A stretch of DNA of 64,000 nucleotides from Chrysomallon squamiferum (GCA_012295275.1 CM022665.1:36642001-36706000), one strand, 5' to 3'. Counted from the first letter of the stretch, positions 44,706 to 59,705 are shown. Program-made: numbers and translations. The notes: generated from the sequence alone by a model not told the origin.

Positions 44706-45355
44706 CACCACCAAGAAGTAAACGCTACAAAAGACTGGATATAATTAGTAAAACTAATATTTTAAAAAACAACAAACGTTTGATAAAAGACATTTTGTCC
44801 AAACCAGCTGTGTGCTTTGCCGACGGTCGACCTTTCGTAGCTATCGACATGTGTTTGGGTGGGATATTTGCGAGTAAAAATAATTAGATTCCTTGTATTT
44901 CACTGATGTTGGTCAGAGTAAGTAAATCCTACAGCTTATAGCAAGATGTGTTTTCACTAATAATAAGAACAGATTCGTTTAAGAGTTGTTTTTAAAAAAA
45001 AAGAGAAAAAAAAAAAAAACAGGAAAAAAAATAACGTTTCTGGTTAACAGATGTTCGTAGGGTTATAAAAAGTATATGCAGAGCGATAGAGATAGAAAGA
45101 AAATAAAATGCAAGGTTTAAATTTTTTTCGCTCGTTTGACATATTTATAAGAAGATTAGAAATAAGATAGATGACTTTTAAAACATGAAGCACGCATCAG
45201 ACTTGATAATAGCCATACTTATATATTACGTGCAGATAAATATGTATACTTCGAAATATTTACATAAATAGATAGCTACATACGTATATACATAAATTCA
45301 CACATAAATACATACATAAACACACACATTCATACATACATACACACACACATAC

Positions 45356-45386
<31 letters not shown>

Positions 45387-45437
45387 TTCATACATACATA
45401 CATACACACATACACACACACACATACACATACACAC

Positions 45438-45468
<31 letters not shown>

Positions 45469-45777
45469 CTCACACACACATTATATATACAAACATATAC
45501 ATACAAACAAATACATGTGGTTTTTAAGTTATAAAAGAATGGACGAATGAATGAATGAATGAATAAGCATTGACTTATATTATAAATTAATTCATTTTTG
45601 ATATACATTTATGTTTTACTTATTTATTTTAATATTATAATTATTATTCTTTTTTTGTTTTTGCTGTGACACATGCACAGTAATTCTAATTTGTTATCAC
45701 TAATTTTAAAAATTGAGTGACCAAATTTTTATTTTTATATCCTACATTTATTTTTATTATTTTATTATTAATATTTA

Positions 45778-45831
<54 letters not shown>

Positions 45832-46071
45832 GCAGATATCTCGTCAAGGAGATCTATATAATAGCGTTATCATGTCAAAAAAATTGATTATCACTTATTA
45901 ATAATCAATAAAACTGAAGTTGAATACTGGTAATAGTTGTTGTTGAAGTCTTTATCTATCAGACTTACTAAGATTTCTTCAACACAAAACTTGCAGGCTT
46001 GTTCAAATATCACTAACAGATTCTTATAAGAACCTAGAGATGAGCTATATAAACGCAAAATTCTAAATATT

Positions 46072-46172
<101 letters not shown>

Positions 46173-46749
46173 TTAATTTAAAATATAAGATATTAAATCT
46201 TATAAATTTGATTTATGTCACAACGTTCTTTTGTGTACAATCTGTAGCTTTCGGGCTAAGTTATAGATCTGAAATGATGACAATTTAAAAAAAAGAAAAA
46301 AAGGAAGAAATATTATTAATTACAAGCAAAAAGATGTCTTTTCGCTTTCACCTAACATATTTTTCTTATTAAAAGAAAAAGACAAGAAAAAGAAAAGAAA
46401 AAAACACAAAGAAAAATGGAAAAGCGGACGTAATTATCCAGAAAGAAAATGTCTTTGTGTAATATTTTAACTGGCAAATTAGACGTTTAATTGTTAATTA
46501 ATTTTTAAGCATGTGCAAAGAAATGTTTAAAGTGTAAATATGCTTGCAGCTCTATTTATTTCACCTGAAGACAGAGTTTAATGAACTGGCATCGCTTGTA
46601 TCGTATTCCGTTTCAGCTTAATTACCTGCGCACTGTAATTTGATCCAGGTACTGTAACTCTATCCCGTCACCCATACACCTGTTTGTTCGCCATCTGACG
46701 ACAATTCCGATTTTTTCTTCCTAATTTGCCACTTTTGTGATTTTCAGTA

Positions 46750-46784
<35 letters not shown>

Positions 46785-47334
46785 CCATTGTTCTAAAACT
46801 GTCCCTCGCTTCATTTCAACCTACTGGTCCGTGTGTTTTTTTTTCTTTCTTTTTGTTTTTTTTTGTGTGTGTTTTTTTTTTTTGCAAACCTACCGAAACC
46901 GCAAGAATTCTAAATTGCTGGTAGAAATTACGAAACAGACAGGTTTATGGGTTCCAGCCGGCAGCCGACACCCTGCTCTTCTATGGGTAGAGGTAAAAAA
47001 AAAATAATAATAAAAATAAAAAAAATCCATGGAGAAGAGAAATACAAAAATGTAACAACACTCGCTTCGTAATCGTTGCGAGATTTAGAGAACGCTGGGA
47101 AACTGTAACCTATGATTTAACTTGAAAGCAACGCCTGCAGTCAATAGTTTCTCACTGTGAAACACGCACACTGAAAAAAAAGCCAGCTGAAATTTAACAC
47201 TTTCTTTACAGAGTTAATTATTGTTTTAAATTTTAAAGGTTTTGTTCGGTTCCGATATTTTCTCGGCTTAGCTGAAAATCAAAATCTTTAATTTCATGTT
47301 TGTAAAAGATAGCATAATATATTACTCTAGTACC

Positions 47335-47790
47335 ATCTGATATGGTGATATATAGTGTGGTGTGATACTGTGTGGTATGGTATGTAATATGGTATCGTTT
47401 CGTATGGCGTGATATAATGTGTGCTGTTGTATGATGGTGAGATCATACGTGATATGGTATAGTGAGATAATACAAGGTGTAGTATAGTGAGATTATAAGT
47501 GATTGAGTATTGTGAGATCATATAACGTGCAGTATAGTGAAATCATATGTGATATAGTGAGATCATATATGGTGTAGTATAATGAAATCATATTTGATAT
47601 AGCATAGCAAGATCATATTTTTTATAGTGTAATGAGATTATATATGATGTAGTATACTGAGATTATATATGATGTAGTATACTGAGATGATATATGATGT
47701 AGTATACTGAGATGATATATGATGTAGTATAATGAGATGATATATGGTAAGGTATAATAATGTTATATCTGATACAGTGAGATCATATCT
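47335..47790. repeat. 25-bp minisatellite (GATGTAGTATACTGAGATGATATAT) with degenerate pentamer-like left part
   Basis: Near-identical copies at ~47630-47745; progressively diverged copies to the left. Confidence 0.9.
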
Positions 47791-48043
47791 GCTGCTCTGC
47801 GCTGAATTGTCATTATTAACGGAAATGTTGTATATCATTTCTTCTATTCAAATGAGCTCTAGCATGCATTGTTATTCTGTTATAAGGCGTGGTTAATTAA
47901 ATCACACAAACATCTCTTCAAGGAATATATATAATTTTTTCTCTTCGCCTTCATTTATTCTAGTATTCTACTGAATAACATTCGGATAAATTTTGGTGGC
48001 TTTGTTGTTTGTTGTTTCTTTTTTTACCTTTTTGGAAATGTTT

Positions 48044-48081
<38 letters not shown>

Positions 48082-48111
48082 TTTTTGACTACTGAACAAC
48101 GTGCGAAAATC

Positions 48112-48172
<61 letters not shown>

Positions 48173-48673
48173 TCGTCTCTTCAACAACAGCCATCGAAAT
48201 TGCCAACCTATGGTTTACAAGTTTGGAATCGTATACTATAATTAAGGACGGGCTGAACTGAGAGAAATGATGTATGGTTTCTCCGTGTCAATCAAAGACA
48301 AGCCACTGTATTCCGAGTGTGTGGTCTCTGTCATGATTTATACACGCTGGGCCTAAACTTGGGTAAATTAGATTTCATAACACAAAAAGTTGTTTTTAAA
48401 ATAATGAGCGTCGAGGTAATTTTAGCCTTGTTTAATGTTATTCGGGAGTGGTATTCTGTGACAGCAGCAACAATTAATTCCAAACAAGAACCCTGCCCAC
48501 GAAATGTATCCCATCAGTTTGACTCCTCGCACGTTGTTTTGGGGTCATACGTTGCGCTTCCGTGAAAACAGGCCGTCCGGCCGCATCAAGTACCAGTAAG
48601 TGGTGCGAACAGATAAGAAGCGTCTATATTAATTTTAGTCAGGCTTGTTTTTATTATTATTATTATCATCATT

Positions 48674-48712
<39 letters not shown>

Positions 48713-49903
48713 ACTGTTATTACTATTATTATTATTTTGTTTAAAACTAAAATAAATATGTAGCTTCTGTAAAATTATTATTGCTGTTATTATTGTTGTT
48801 GTTGTATTTTTAGGAATAATAATAATAATGATGATGATGATGATGACAATAACTACAACAGTAATAATAATAATAATAATAATAATTATTATTATTATTA
48901 TTGTTGTTGTTGTTGTTGCTGCTGTTATTATTGTTATTGTTATTAATAATATTACTACTACTACTACTACTACTGTTACTACCATTTTGTTTGTTTGTTT
49001 GTTTGTTTCTTTCTTTCTTTCTTTCTTTCATTTATTTATTTATTTATGTATTCATTTATTTTATTTTATTTTTACTATCAATAATATTGTTGTTGTTGTT
49101 ACCATAACTATTAATACTAAACTGTTTTTATAATACTAATAAACAATTTATCCATTTTTTAATAAATAGTATAAATGCATTATTAAAAACACAGTAATTT
49201 ATCAAATATAAACAATACTTTGCAGTACCTAGAGAATGCAAACAAATATATCTAAAAGAAATCATTATACGTGATTTGTAAATATTACAATGTAAAATTA
49301 AATACATAACGATCTTCGGAAATAAAAACAAAACAAAAAACCCAAAACAAACAAACAAAAAATAAGCAAGCATCTAAAGCAAATTGAATGTGCTGAAATT
49401 TTTGAAATTCTTAAAAAAGGCGATTTCTTTATATTCCAGTCATTTTTGTAGTTCAAATAATCGACGTAATATTCTCCGAGATTCAACAACACTGAAACGT
49501 GGGGTTTTTTTGTTTGTTGTTGTTGTTGTTGTTGTTTTTAATAGCTTTTTCAGTTTGGAGAATATTTTTAATATCAATAAAACTGTCGAGTACAACGCCT
49601 ATTTATAAATATTTACAAGCATGTACTACTTACGGAAAGGACAACAGGCAAAAAAAAAAAAAAAATTTAATTATTAACGCCCACCTTACCCAGTTTTAAA
49701 ACAGGTTTTGTGAATTACACATAAAACCAGGAACATATACGTACTCACAGTTATATGTATGTATGTTTATATATATATATATACACATACACACACACAT
49801 ACACAAACAAGCGCGCGTGCACACGCACACACACACACACATATTTATATGTACATACATACATACATATATGTTATTGAGACGTTGCGCCCAAATGTAT
49901 ATG

Positions 49904-49966
<63 letters not shown>

Positions 49967-52394
49967 CTTTTATTTATTGTTTTATTTATTTTTATAATTT
50001 CATTTTCATTTTTATTTTTTGACTTACTGATTTTGTTACACAGTATAAAAAATCAACATTACAAGATAAATAAAATATATTTCATATGCACGTGTTTTGG
50101 CGATAATATGTGTACACAGCTTAAGAACAATAATAAAGTATTCTATTGTAAATACGTGTATTTGACACACAAGCTGTTCGCAGAATTGCATTGTTTTAAC
50201 TGTGTTATAATGAATGGGCAGTGTTAGAATATACAGTAGACCCAGATTAAACCGGTATTGTGTTCACACGTAAGGACTGTTTACACAGATTTCACACAGA
50301 GTTGCGGTTCCTGACTGGATATTGCCCGCCATACATTACACGTCGTAAATCCAGCTTGTCACGAATGTCAGTTTTCGACAAAAAATAAATTTAAAAAAAT
50401 AAAAATTTAATTTTATGTTCTACAGTTCGTGACACTCTGCCAGCACAGGATATACACTGGTCACCCCAAAAATATGCACATGTATATATTAATAATGGAT
50501 ATTCACAATGACTGGGGCGAATATACATTTCCCTTAAGTGAAATTAAGAAAAAAAAATTGAAAAAAACCCCTGCCAAGTCAGCTTTAAACTAATTTGGCT
50601 TTCAGCCACAAGCGAACAAAGGTACATACATGTAAAACATTACATGATTTGTCCATGATGTCGACATTCTTAGCAAATGTCAGTATAAAATTATTTCCGA
50701 TATACAAATTTGGCGCTGATTATAGATATGTCAAAATATTATAACGTATCGTCTTTCTTGAGTTTATTGTCTATATAATTGTCTAATCATGCCAAAACTT
50801 GGGGCAACAGGGTAATTCTTAATGTGCTTTCCTGTTCTTCACCGTATCAGTTTCAGCAAAACAGTTCAAAATGTGTAATGAAATTTATGCAGGTGTTGTA
50901 TTTATCAAAACAACAATTCCGTGTACTTAGATAACACCTACACTAATCAGAATCCAGGTGATCCAATTGGATAATGTTAATACCTTCATAACAGGTGTGT
51001 TTTACTGTTTATTAAAAGGAATGCGATTATACTGAGATTCTAATTGTTTCGGTACTGCTGTCCTTAGAGTAAAGCTCAAATCGTGACCCAACTTGAGGAA
51101 ACACCTTACAACTTTCCAGGCTCTTTTCTAGTCTGAATTCACGAAAATACAGGATTCTTGTAAAATATAACTTTATTCCTGGTTACTATAATGTATGGCG
51201 ACAGCTGGATAGACTTTTAAATATTATGCCAGTGAACACGCAAAGCCGGCGAACACAGACACTGGTCTGTAGAGTACTAAAAGATTATATGTGTAACATT
51301 CAACAGGTAAATCTATGTTCACACCAATATACGTGTTTCTGCGTGTGTCTAGATGTATGAATATAAGTGTGTGTGTGTGTGTGTGCTAAAAATATATGTT
51401 TGATTTTCGAATAACAAATGTATATTCACAAAAATATCTAGTTGTGAAAATAAACTATTACTTCAGTGAATGGATCGATCCAGTTTATTTATATTTAAAA
51501 AATTCCTTATAACTTACTGAAACAAAGGAATATATATTTAACTATAATAACGTTAAGAAGAAAAAGAAAAACACAATGGGGATACTAATAAAAGCAACAA
51601 TAACAGCAATAATAGCAGCAGTCGTAATAATAACAACAACAACAACAACAGCAAAAACCATAGCAATAATATTAATAATAACAACAACATCATCATTAGT
51701 ACCTAACATAAAAATATAAAGAAAAAAATGTAATCACGTTGTCGATTTCACTACTTGTCATGTAAAAATAGCCAGCCTTTCGTACAAATAAAACAGACTG
51801 TGAAAAATTATTACTCTACCTTAGTACTGATCAAGGGATTATTTCTAATACACTAACAATCAACAACCCGTAGTGAAATGTAGAATTCGCGCATGGAGAA
51901 ATCACTTTCTGTCACAAATCAAATTACTGGCTATAATTCGGCCTGCCCTTGTCTTAATTAACAAAGCGAAATATAACGAGAAGTAAAGAAAATCATTATC
52001 TCCGCCATTGAATTCTAAACGCCTCGGGAAGTGTTTGTCCGTACGAGAAAGAACCCGTTAATGAAGTTTATAATTAAAATAAAAGATCATACATGAAATG
52101 GATTTTTATAACGGTGAAAAAAAAAAAAAAAAAAAGAAGAAACAAAGAAATGAGTGGATCAAGGTGAATGAAAAGAGAAAATTAATAATAAAAATAAAGA
52201 AATTAATATATAAATTTGTGATCAGATCTTTTTACTACCTGCATGCGTGATCTTTCTTTGTTGTTAGATATGTCAGGTGTATCTGATCAATGATACATAT
52301 TTTTAATATAATTTTGTAATTAAATGTACTAGAATCAAAAAGACTAATAGAAATAAGAATTTTTTTTCTGTGTTTATAATCTTTGTGTAAGAAC

Positions 52395-52762
52395 ATATTA
52401 ATTTTATTTTATTTTATTTTATTTCATTTTAGTTTATTTTATTTTATTTCATTTCATTTCATATTATTTTATTTTATTTCTATCATATTATTTTATTTTA
52501 ATTCTTTTCATTTTATTTTATTCTAAATTATTAAAATTTAATTGATATCATTTTGTTAATTTATATTATGTTATTTTAATTTAATTTTATTATGTTATTT
52601 TAATTTCATTTTGCGAATATATCTTTATTATAGTTTATTTAATTTTAATTTACCTTATTTTAATGTTATTTTATTTTTTGTTTGATTTCGTTTGACATTA
52701 ATATTCACCTTTATTTTATTATGTATTTTTTTAAATTTATTTATTTATTTACTTATTTACTT

Positions 52763-52806
<44 letters not shown>

Positions 52807-53180
52807 TTTCATTGTTTGTTTAGTTATTTGTGCATCATGTTTTTCACTGTTTGCTTATTTATTTATTTATTTTATTTTATTTTATTTTATTTTATTTTTT
52901 TTATTATCATTCAGTTTGTTTCATATTAATTATGTTATTTTATAAATTTTATTTCACTTTTAAAATTAATTTTAATTTCAATTTAATTTAATCTTACATT
53001 ATCATGTTTTTAAAATTTTATTTATTTATTTTATATATTTTTTGTATGTATACATAATTTAATCTAATTTTTTATTACGTTATTCTTTACTTTATTTAAT
53101 TCGTAAATATCAGCATCTTTTATTTATTTATTCATTTTTAATTATTATTATTTTTTTATATTTTACTATTTTATATATAT
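52395..53180. repeat. Extremely AT-rich (TTTTA)n/(TTTA)n low-complexity tract
   Basis: Directly visible. Confidence 0.85.
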
Positions 53181-54209
53181 ATATATATATATTTATATAT
53201 TTTTGTTGTTGTTGTTGTTGTTATCAATACTTCAGTCTTTTCATTTAGTGTAAACTCGAAAACTATTTTTTTATTTTGTTATTTTGTTATTTTTGTTGTT
53301 GTTATTATTATTTTTTTTTTATTTACATTTTCGATTTACCAACGTCAGACTGCGTGGTCTGTATTGTTTAAAGTCGACACAAAACACCTGCCTATTGTAT
53401 TCAAAACCGAGCTATTTTATTATTATTATTATTACACACACATGTACGCACAATGGTGACAAAAATTAAATAAGCAAAGAGTAATTAAATGTATAAAAAA
53501 AATAAATAAATAAGTTAAAGAAAGAATAAATAAATAGTAAACGTCTAAATAAATAAATAAATAGTAAAAATATAAATGAGTAAACAAAAATTATTATAAT
53601 ATAGTACAATAAAATATAATATAATATAATATAACGTAGTATGACATCATATAATTTTAAAATAATCATTAAAAACAAAACCAATTAACACAATAAAATA
53701 AAATAAAAATATATAAAATAAAACAATACAACGATTAACACCAACAACAATAAAAATAAAATGAAAATAATAATTGCACAAAAACACACGTTAGGAACAA
53801 CAGTAAAATAACAAATAGTTATGGTATTTTTTAAATGCTCATTTATCTTAAGTTTAGATGTTTTACGTTGTTGAAGTGTTTAAATAGGTCAAATGCGGGT
53901 CTCTAGATCACGCATAATATTTGATATTTATTGTTAATAGTCTATTCAGCGACACATGGCGATCGTAATTTGGATTGCATCTGGAGAAATGGTTAATAAA
54001 TGAAAGATGAGAAAGGTTAACAGTTGAATTTGCAAATTCAAGTAAAATTACGTATCCGTGTGTGCGTACTGTGTCTGTGTATGCGTATTGCGTTTTCGTT
54101 TAGGTACGTTCGTACTTATTTCAGTTTGAAAATTAAATACATGCACAAACACGTGTACAAGTATATACACATATTATCATTATTACTGTTATTGCTGTAG
54201 TTGTTATTA

Positions 54210-54265
<56 letters not shown>

Positions 54266-54619
54266 GGACGTAAATACATGCAAAATATTAATACATATAA
54301 TTATGTCTTGCTATATGTAAATTGACAGTGTGATCTTCTGTTTACAGTTCAAGTATCTGTTTGCACATTTGCAGCTTTTATAAAGTAAATTATTTTCTTA
54401 TCGTGATACGCTAACCTAAAACACGAGGGTCGAGTTATAGACACAGCCACGAACTGAAATCCTTTCCGGATCTCACCATTTGCAAACAGTCCTGCTACTA
54501 CAAATGATTCGCTGAACTTTGACCCGGAAGGGAACAGTCAAGAGATACCCCCAAAAACATCTTCTTATTACTAAAGTCAACACAGTCGAGTAAAGCTGAC
54601 ATATACTGTTTCGTAAATG

Positions 54620-54845
54620 TGTGAGGCACTCACTGCTAGGTCCGCTTTATTTAAATTATTCACAGGGTACACAGTTCAAATCCCAAGACCAATATTGACT
54701 CGTATTGAGTTAGCGGCATTGGTTTGTTGGTGCTACCTTAAGTCGGATGTTATCTGCGTAGGCAAATAACCCGGGAGATTTGCATGGCGGTCACAATGCC
54801 CAAGGTCGCCTAAATATGAATTATTCAAATGACGTGAAAAACTAG
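54620..54845 (+). mobile_element. Possible decayed tRNA-derived SINE
   Basis: B-box-like GTTCAAATCCC (~54675-54684) about 45 bp after a weak A-box-like GGCACTCACTGCTAGG, followed by ~150 bp of GC-richer body. No clear target-site duplication. Confidence 0.25.
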
Positions 54846-54924
54846 CAAGTTGGATGTTTGTACAGGACCTGATGGATTTTGAAATTAGTCAATCAGTGAC
54901 TGAGGCATTGTATTTTATACTGAG

Positions 54925-55180
54925 ATCGAATTGCATCGTCATTAAAACCACCGACATTAAATGCATCGACGCTAAGACTCATTGATATCAGTTATATTGA
55001 TTTTAAACACTTCGATATTTAAAGAAATTAACATTTAAATTTGATATATCGATTTCATTAATAATAAATATACAAACATTAAACACTTGTGTATTAAATG
55101 CGTCGATGTTAACCACATCGATGTAAAATGCACTGACGTTAAATATATATTTATTAAAAACACTGACGTTAAATGACGTC
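54925..55180. repeat. Degenerate 15-bp minisatellite (~AAATGCATCGACGTT)
   Basis: Periodic TAAA..ATCGA(C/T)(G/A)T units at ~15-bp spacing. Confidence 0.7.
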
Positions 55181-55365
55181 TGTCTTGTACAGCACGACAA
55201 GGGATGGGGGCGGATTTCAGAACAGGGAGCGCCATCTTTGTTATGCATGTAAATGTTAAGCGTATATAATTATTTTACAGCTGTTCTTTATATTTGTTTT
55301 TGTTTTGTTATGTTTTGTTTTGTCTTGCTTTTTGGTTTTTTGGTTTTTGTATTGTGGGTTTTTTC

Positions 55366-55409
<44 letters not shown>

Positions 55410-56010
55410 CTTTTTTTTTCCAAAAACAAATCCATCGACACCACGTACAAGATATAACTGAACATAGATTGTTTTGTTTTTTCAATTTACCGTTTTGATA
55501 TCTGGAGTAATAAACCTTTAGCGGTAACACATTTAGATGATTTATCATAAATGTTAACATTTTTTGCCTGAAACGTTTTTATCTGTTAGTTAAATAACGA
55601 CATTTATAATATGCAAATGTCATCAGCTGGAAAAATAAATGAAATTGAAAAAAAAATAAAATAAAATAAATTATAGGAAAGAATGAAAGAAAAACTGAAT
55701 AAAACAAGGAAGAGGAAGATAGAATAAAAGATGAAAAGAAAAGAAAAACTGATAATGAAATGAAGAAAAAAGAAAACAAAGAAAGAACAAGGAACGAAAA
55801 TATTAATGGATATTTTAAACCCATAACTTGGTAACTAAGTGCAACATTACGTAGAAATTAATCATTAATTCAAATTAGCAGATCAAATGTTTAGTTAAAA
55901 AATATTTTTTGAAATGTGAATAATTTTCTGTAGTATACTGTAATAACTGGTATATGCTGCTTCATTGTAAATTAAAAATGCCTAAATAAATAAATACATA
56001 TATACATACA

Positions 56011-56150
56011 TACAAACATACGTACATACATATATATATACACACAGACATACACACATACATACATATACATACACATATACAAACATACGTACATACA
56101 TACATATATACACACAGACATACACACATACATACATATACATACACACA
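56011..56150. repeat. 70-bp tandem duplication of a compound CA/TA microsatellite
   Basis: 56011-56080 and 56081-56150 differ at only two positions. Confidence 0.9.
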
Positions 56151-56656
56151 TACATTCGTATACACATATATACACCTATATGTATGTACATAATTAAATA
56201 AATATCGCCATCAAAGTAGAAAGTAAAATTATTTTGTACAAAATTGATTCAAACGTAATTAGCCATTCTATATGTGTTATTTTACTTACATGTATCATTT
56301 GTTGTTTTGTTTTTTTGTTGTTGTTTTATTTCACTTCCTTTTTCTCCTTCTGTTTTACATATTGTCTTTTAAATTGTAAAATATTTTTATGTACTTATAT
56401 ATATTTATTTTAAATTATTTTAATATTTGATTTTATTTATTTTCAATTGTTTTTATCTTATTACTTATTTCATTTTCAAATTGATTTTAAAAACAAATTT
56501 ATAGTTTTATATTTATATTCAATTTGTCTTTTATTTATTTTTTATTATGTTTTAAAAATGAGTACATTTTCATTTATTTATTTATGCACTTATTTATTTA
56601 GTTATAAGTTTTTTTATCTATCGTTTCTTCATTTATTTATTTACTTACTTACATAT

Positions 56657-56695
<39 letters not shown>

Positions 56696-57490
56696 TTGTG
56701 TTTATTTATTGTGTTTATTGACGTTTGTTTTATTTTATTTTGATTGTTTTATTCACTACATTCTTCGTATTTATTACCTTTTTATATATATCTTTATTCT
56801 TCCATTAATATCGACATTGGTTTTGGCTTTCCTTTAATCCGAGTCAGGCTTTGTTCGCCGACATCACTCCAACATCATGTCCACTGCCGACTCTTTTGAA
56901 CTTCAAAAGTGTTTTTTAAAAAATAACATATCATTTCTTGACACTGTTATTCAAACACGAACCATTCTTAGGCCAAGAAAACTTGTCAACTGTCCACCTT
57001 GACTGTCATGTGCTGGTTTTTTCCCTCTTCTTTCTTTTGTGTTTTAGACATCAAATAGAGTTTAGGATGTGGTAAAAGTGAAAGCCGATATGCTTCTGTG
57101 TGCATTAATCTCCGTTCACGACACTTGGAGACAATAGCATCTGCACCGAGCCAGATGCTTCTTATTTTTTCAAATATGCGGTTTGGTTTGTTGTTCGTCT
57201 GTGCTAGTGATTGGCTACCCCAACGTCAAACATCTACGCAGACAACGCCTTCGTAATGCTTTTGTGTTGTTCTCCTTGTTGTTGTTTCACTGTGATGTTG
57301 TTGTGTTGTTATTGTTGTTGTTGTTGGTGGTGGTGGTGGTACTGCTGTTATACGGCTGTGTTTGTTGTTGTTGTTGTTGTTTTCGTCGTTCTGTATTGTA
57401 TTGTTGTTGCTCCTATTGTTATGTGGCTGTATTGCAGTTTTTTTTTTTTTAGTTTTGTTTTTTTGTTTTTTGACTTCTTGATTTGTGTTT

Positions 57491-57537
<47 letters not shown>

Positions 57538-59049
57538 TTTTATTATTATTAAATTTTTTTTTTATTCTTGTTCTTTTGCTTTCATTTTTTAAATAACAAG
57601 ATACGACCAGGTAATGATTCACTTGGGGTTTTCACTTATAAGACAAATGTTTTTTTTTTTTTTAATAGTGCTGCACGTTTGAATATTTTAATAATTCTAG
57701 AAATGAAATACTGAATCACATTTGAATGTATCACACGTATACGAAACTCATCGAAGTTGATAGCATCTGAATGCATTAATCTTACACAATAAAAATTACA
57801 CTTTTCAGACAGCATCTAAACCTTTGAACAAAAGAGTCAAAAGCCACAAGGAGCAGAGAGTAAAATAAACACCAAAAGTAACTAATAAAAATTCTGACGT
57901 GAAAAGAATATCGTAGAATTATATTCACAGTATACATAAATATACGCAAAGCGATCGAACTAGCTATCTCCAGCAAGCGACGTGTGTTTTAACTCTATGC
58001 ATATTGAGATAAGAATAATAAAAGTGTCTTCGTCATACAAAGATATACAGTTGAACGTGAAATTAAATTCACAAGATGAAGTAATAAAATAAATATATAT
58101 AATGTTATTGTTATTAGAAAAAAAAAAAATTAAAAAAAGAAATTCTCTTTATTGCAATAATATTGGTGTTTTGCATCATAAAATTGGTTATTAGGGTAAT
58201 CACAGAGGCTGGACAGATGACAAAATTTATATAATTCCAGGTCTCCGGGTTTCTGTCATAAAACAAAGTCATTCGAAAAATACGACAGTCAAAAGCCAAA
58301 GAATATTATTTTAACGAAAGACCTATATGCTATGTAATCAGCCATTAATAGATGTCAGAATTATGCAATCCTGAACGAAATGAGGACTCTTAATATACAT
58401 ACAGTATGCAAAGCTGTAATATCGTATGTATAAATAAATGACAGGGAAATATGACGGCAAACATGAGTTCTTGTAAGTGGAAGCAATGACTTGAAATTCG
58501 CGTAAGAGACACAGAGAGAAAAAAAATACATATTTTCCATATGCACCATTTGCGACGTTTCAGCACGAGACAAGGCATCAATTTTTTCTCTTTCAGAAAA
58601 GCAGCATTGTTTAATAGATAAAGACAAGCGAACAATCTCTCTTCATCTGCAACATGTTCTTCATTGTTGTCTTACATATCCAAAGAATTATTTCATAAAT
58701 CTTCAGCGTTTTTGGAAGCTGCCGTTTAAGCATTATTCACGTTATTCAGCTGGTAAAAGAACCTTGTCTATTCTGAAAATCCTTAAAGAAAGAATGATCG
58801 AAAGTCAAAAACTTTTTTAATGTCTACAAACTAAGATTTCACTCAAAATGTTGACAGACAAACCGATATATATACACATGTACACACACACACACACACA
58901 CACACGCACGCACACACACACATTCTTTTTTAAAACCTTTAGTAATTGCAAATTTTTATAAAAAAATATTTGTTTTATTTGTTTCTTAATTCTCACAACA
59001 AAAAAAAAAAATATTTTCTGACAGTTCTAACAGAAGATTTTTTTTTTTT

Positions 59050-59375
59050 TATGTTTACAAAATCATATTTCTAAGAATCGTTTCAAATGAAAGTTTCTCA
59101 GGATACCTACAAACGAAAATTGATCTTAATATTTACAGTATGTTTGTCTGCATGCTTACAAACGAAAGCCTATCTCTGAATGCTTAACATTAAATGTTTT
59201 TCGGAATCCTCACAAACGTTTACTGTCTTGAATGTTTACAAACGAATAATTATTCGAACATTTACGATAGAATATTTTTCTTAATAATCAGGTTTTATGT
59301 TTGTTTACAAACATTCAGAATACTTAAAAACGAATATTACTTTCAATACTTTACAATCAATATTTTTGTAATCCA
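59050..59375. repeat. Degenerate ~25-bp minisatellite, core GAATG(T/C)TTACAAACGAA
   Basis: Repeated TTACAAACGAA / AATGTTTACAAA units from ~59051 to ~59360, with related copies at ~58820-58860. Confidence 0.7.
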
Positions 59376-59615
59376 ACTTTTTTAGTTACGTCATCAGTTG
59401 TATTAATTATTAAATGATTTCGTTAGACATGGTATATCCATGGAAAAAAAATAATAAATTTTAATTTCCTGTAGCATTTTCAGTATTTCATGCTTTTATT
59501 TTATTTTTATTTTTATTTTTATTTTTATTTTGACAATAGCCGTATCTATATGATGTCAATTTTATATATATCATATTATTATAATCTAATACACTTTTCT
59601 CATTCTCTCCTTCTC

Positions 59616-59619
<4 letters not shown>

Positions 59620-59705
<86 letters not shown>

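Noticed and set aside
50452-50482. TA-CACTG... Tc1/mariner-like terminal inverted repeat
   Set aside because: No matching inverted partner or transposase remnant found nearby.
54660-54700. tRNA gene (GTTCAAATCCC T-loop)
   Set aside because: No cloverleaf or acceptor stem can be built; at most a SINE remnant.
57136-57170. Hairpin AGCATCTG/CAGATGCT followed by T-run (intrinsic terminator-like)
   Set aside because: Bacterial terminators are irrelevant in this eukaryotic context; an 8-bp stem can occur by chance.
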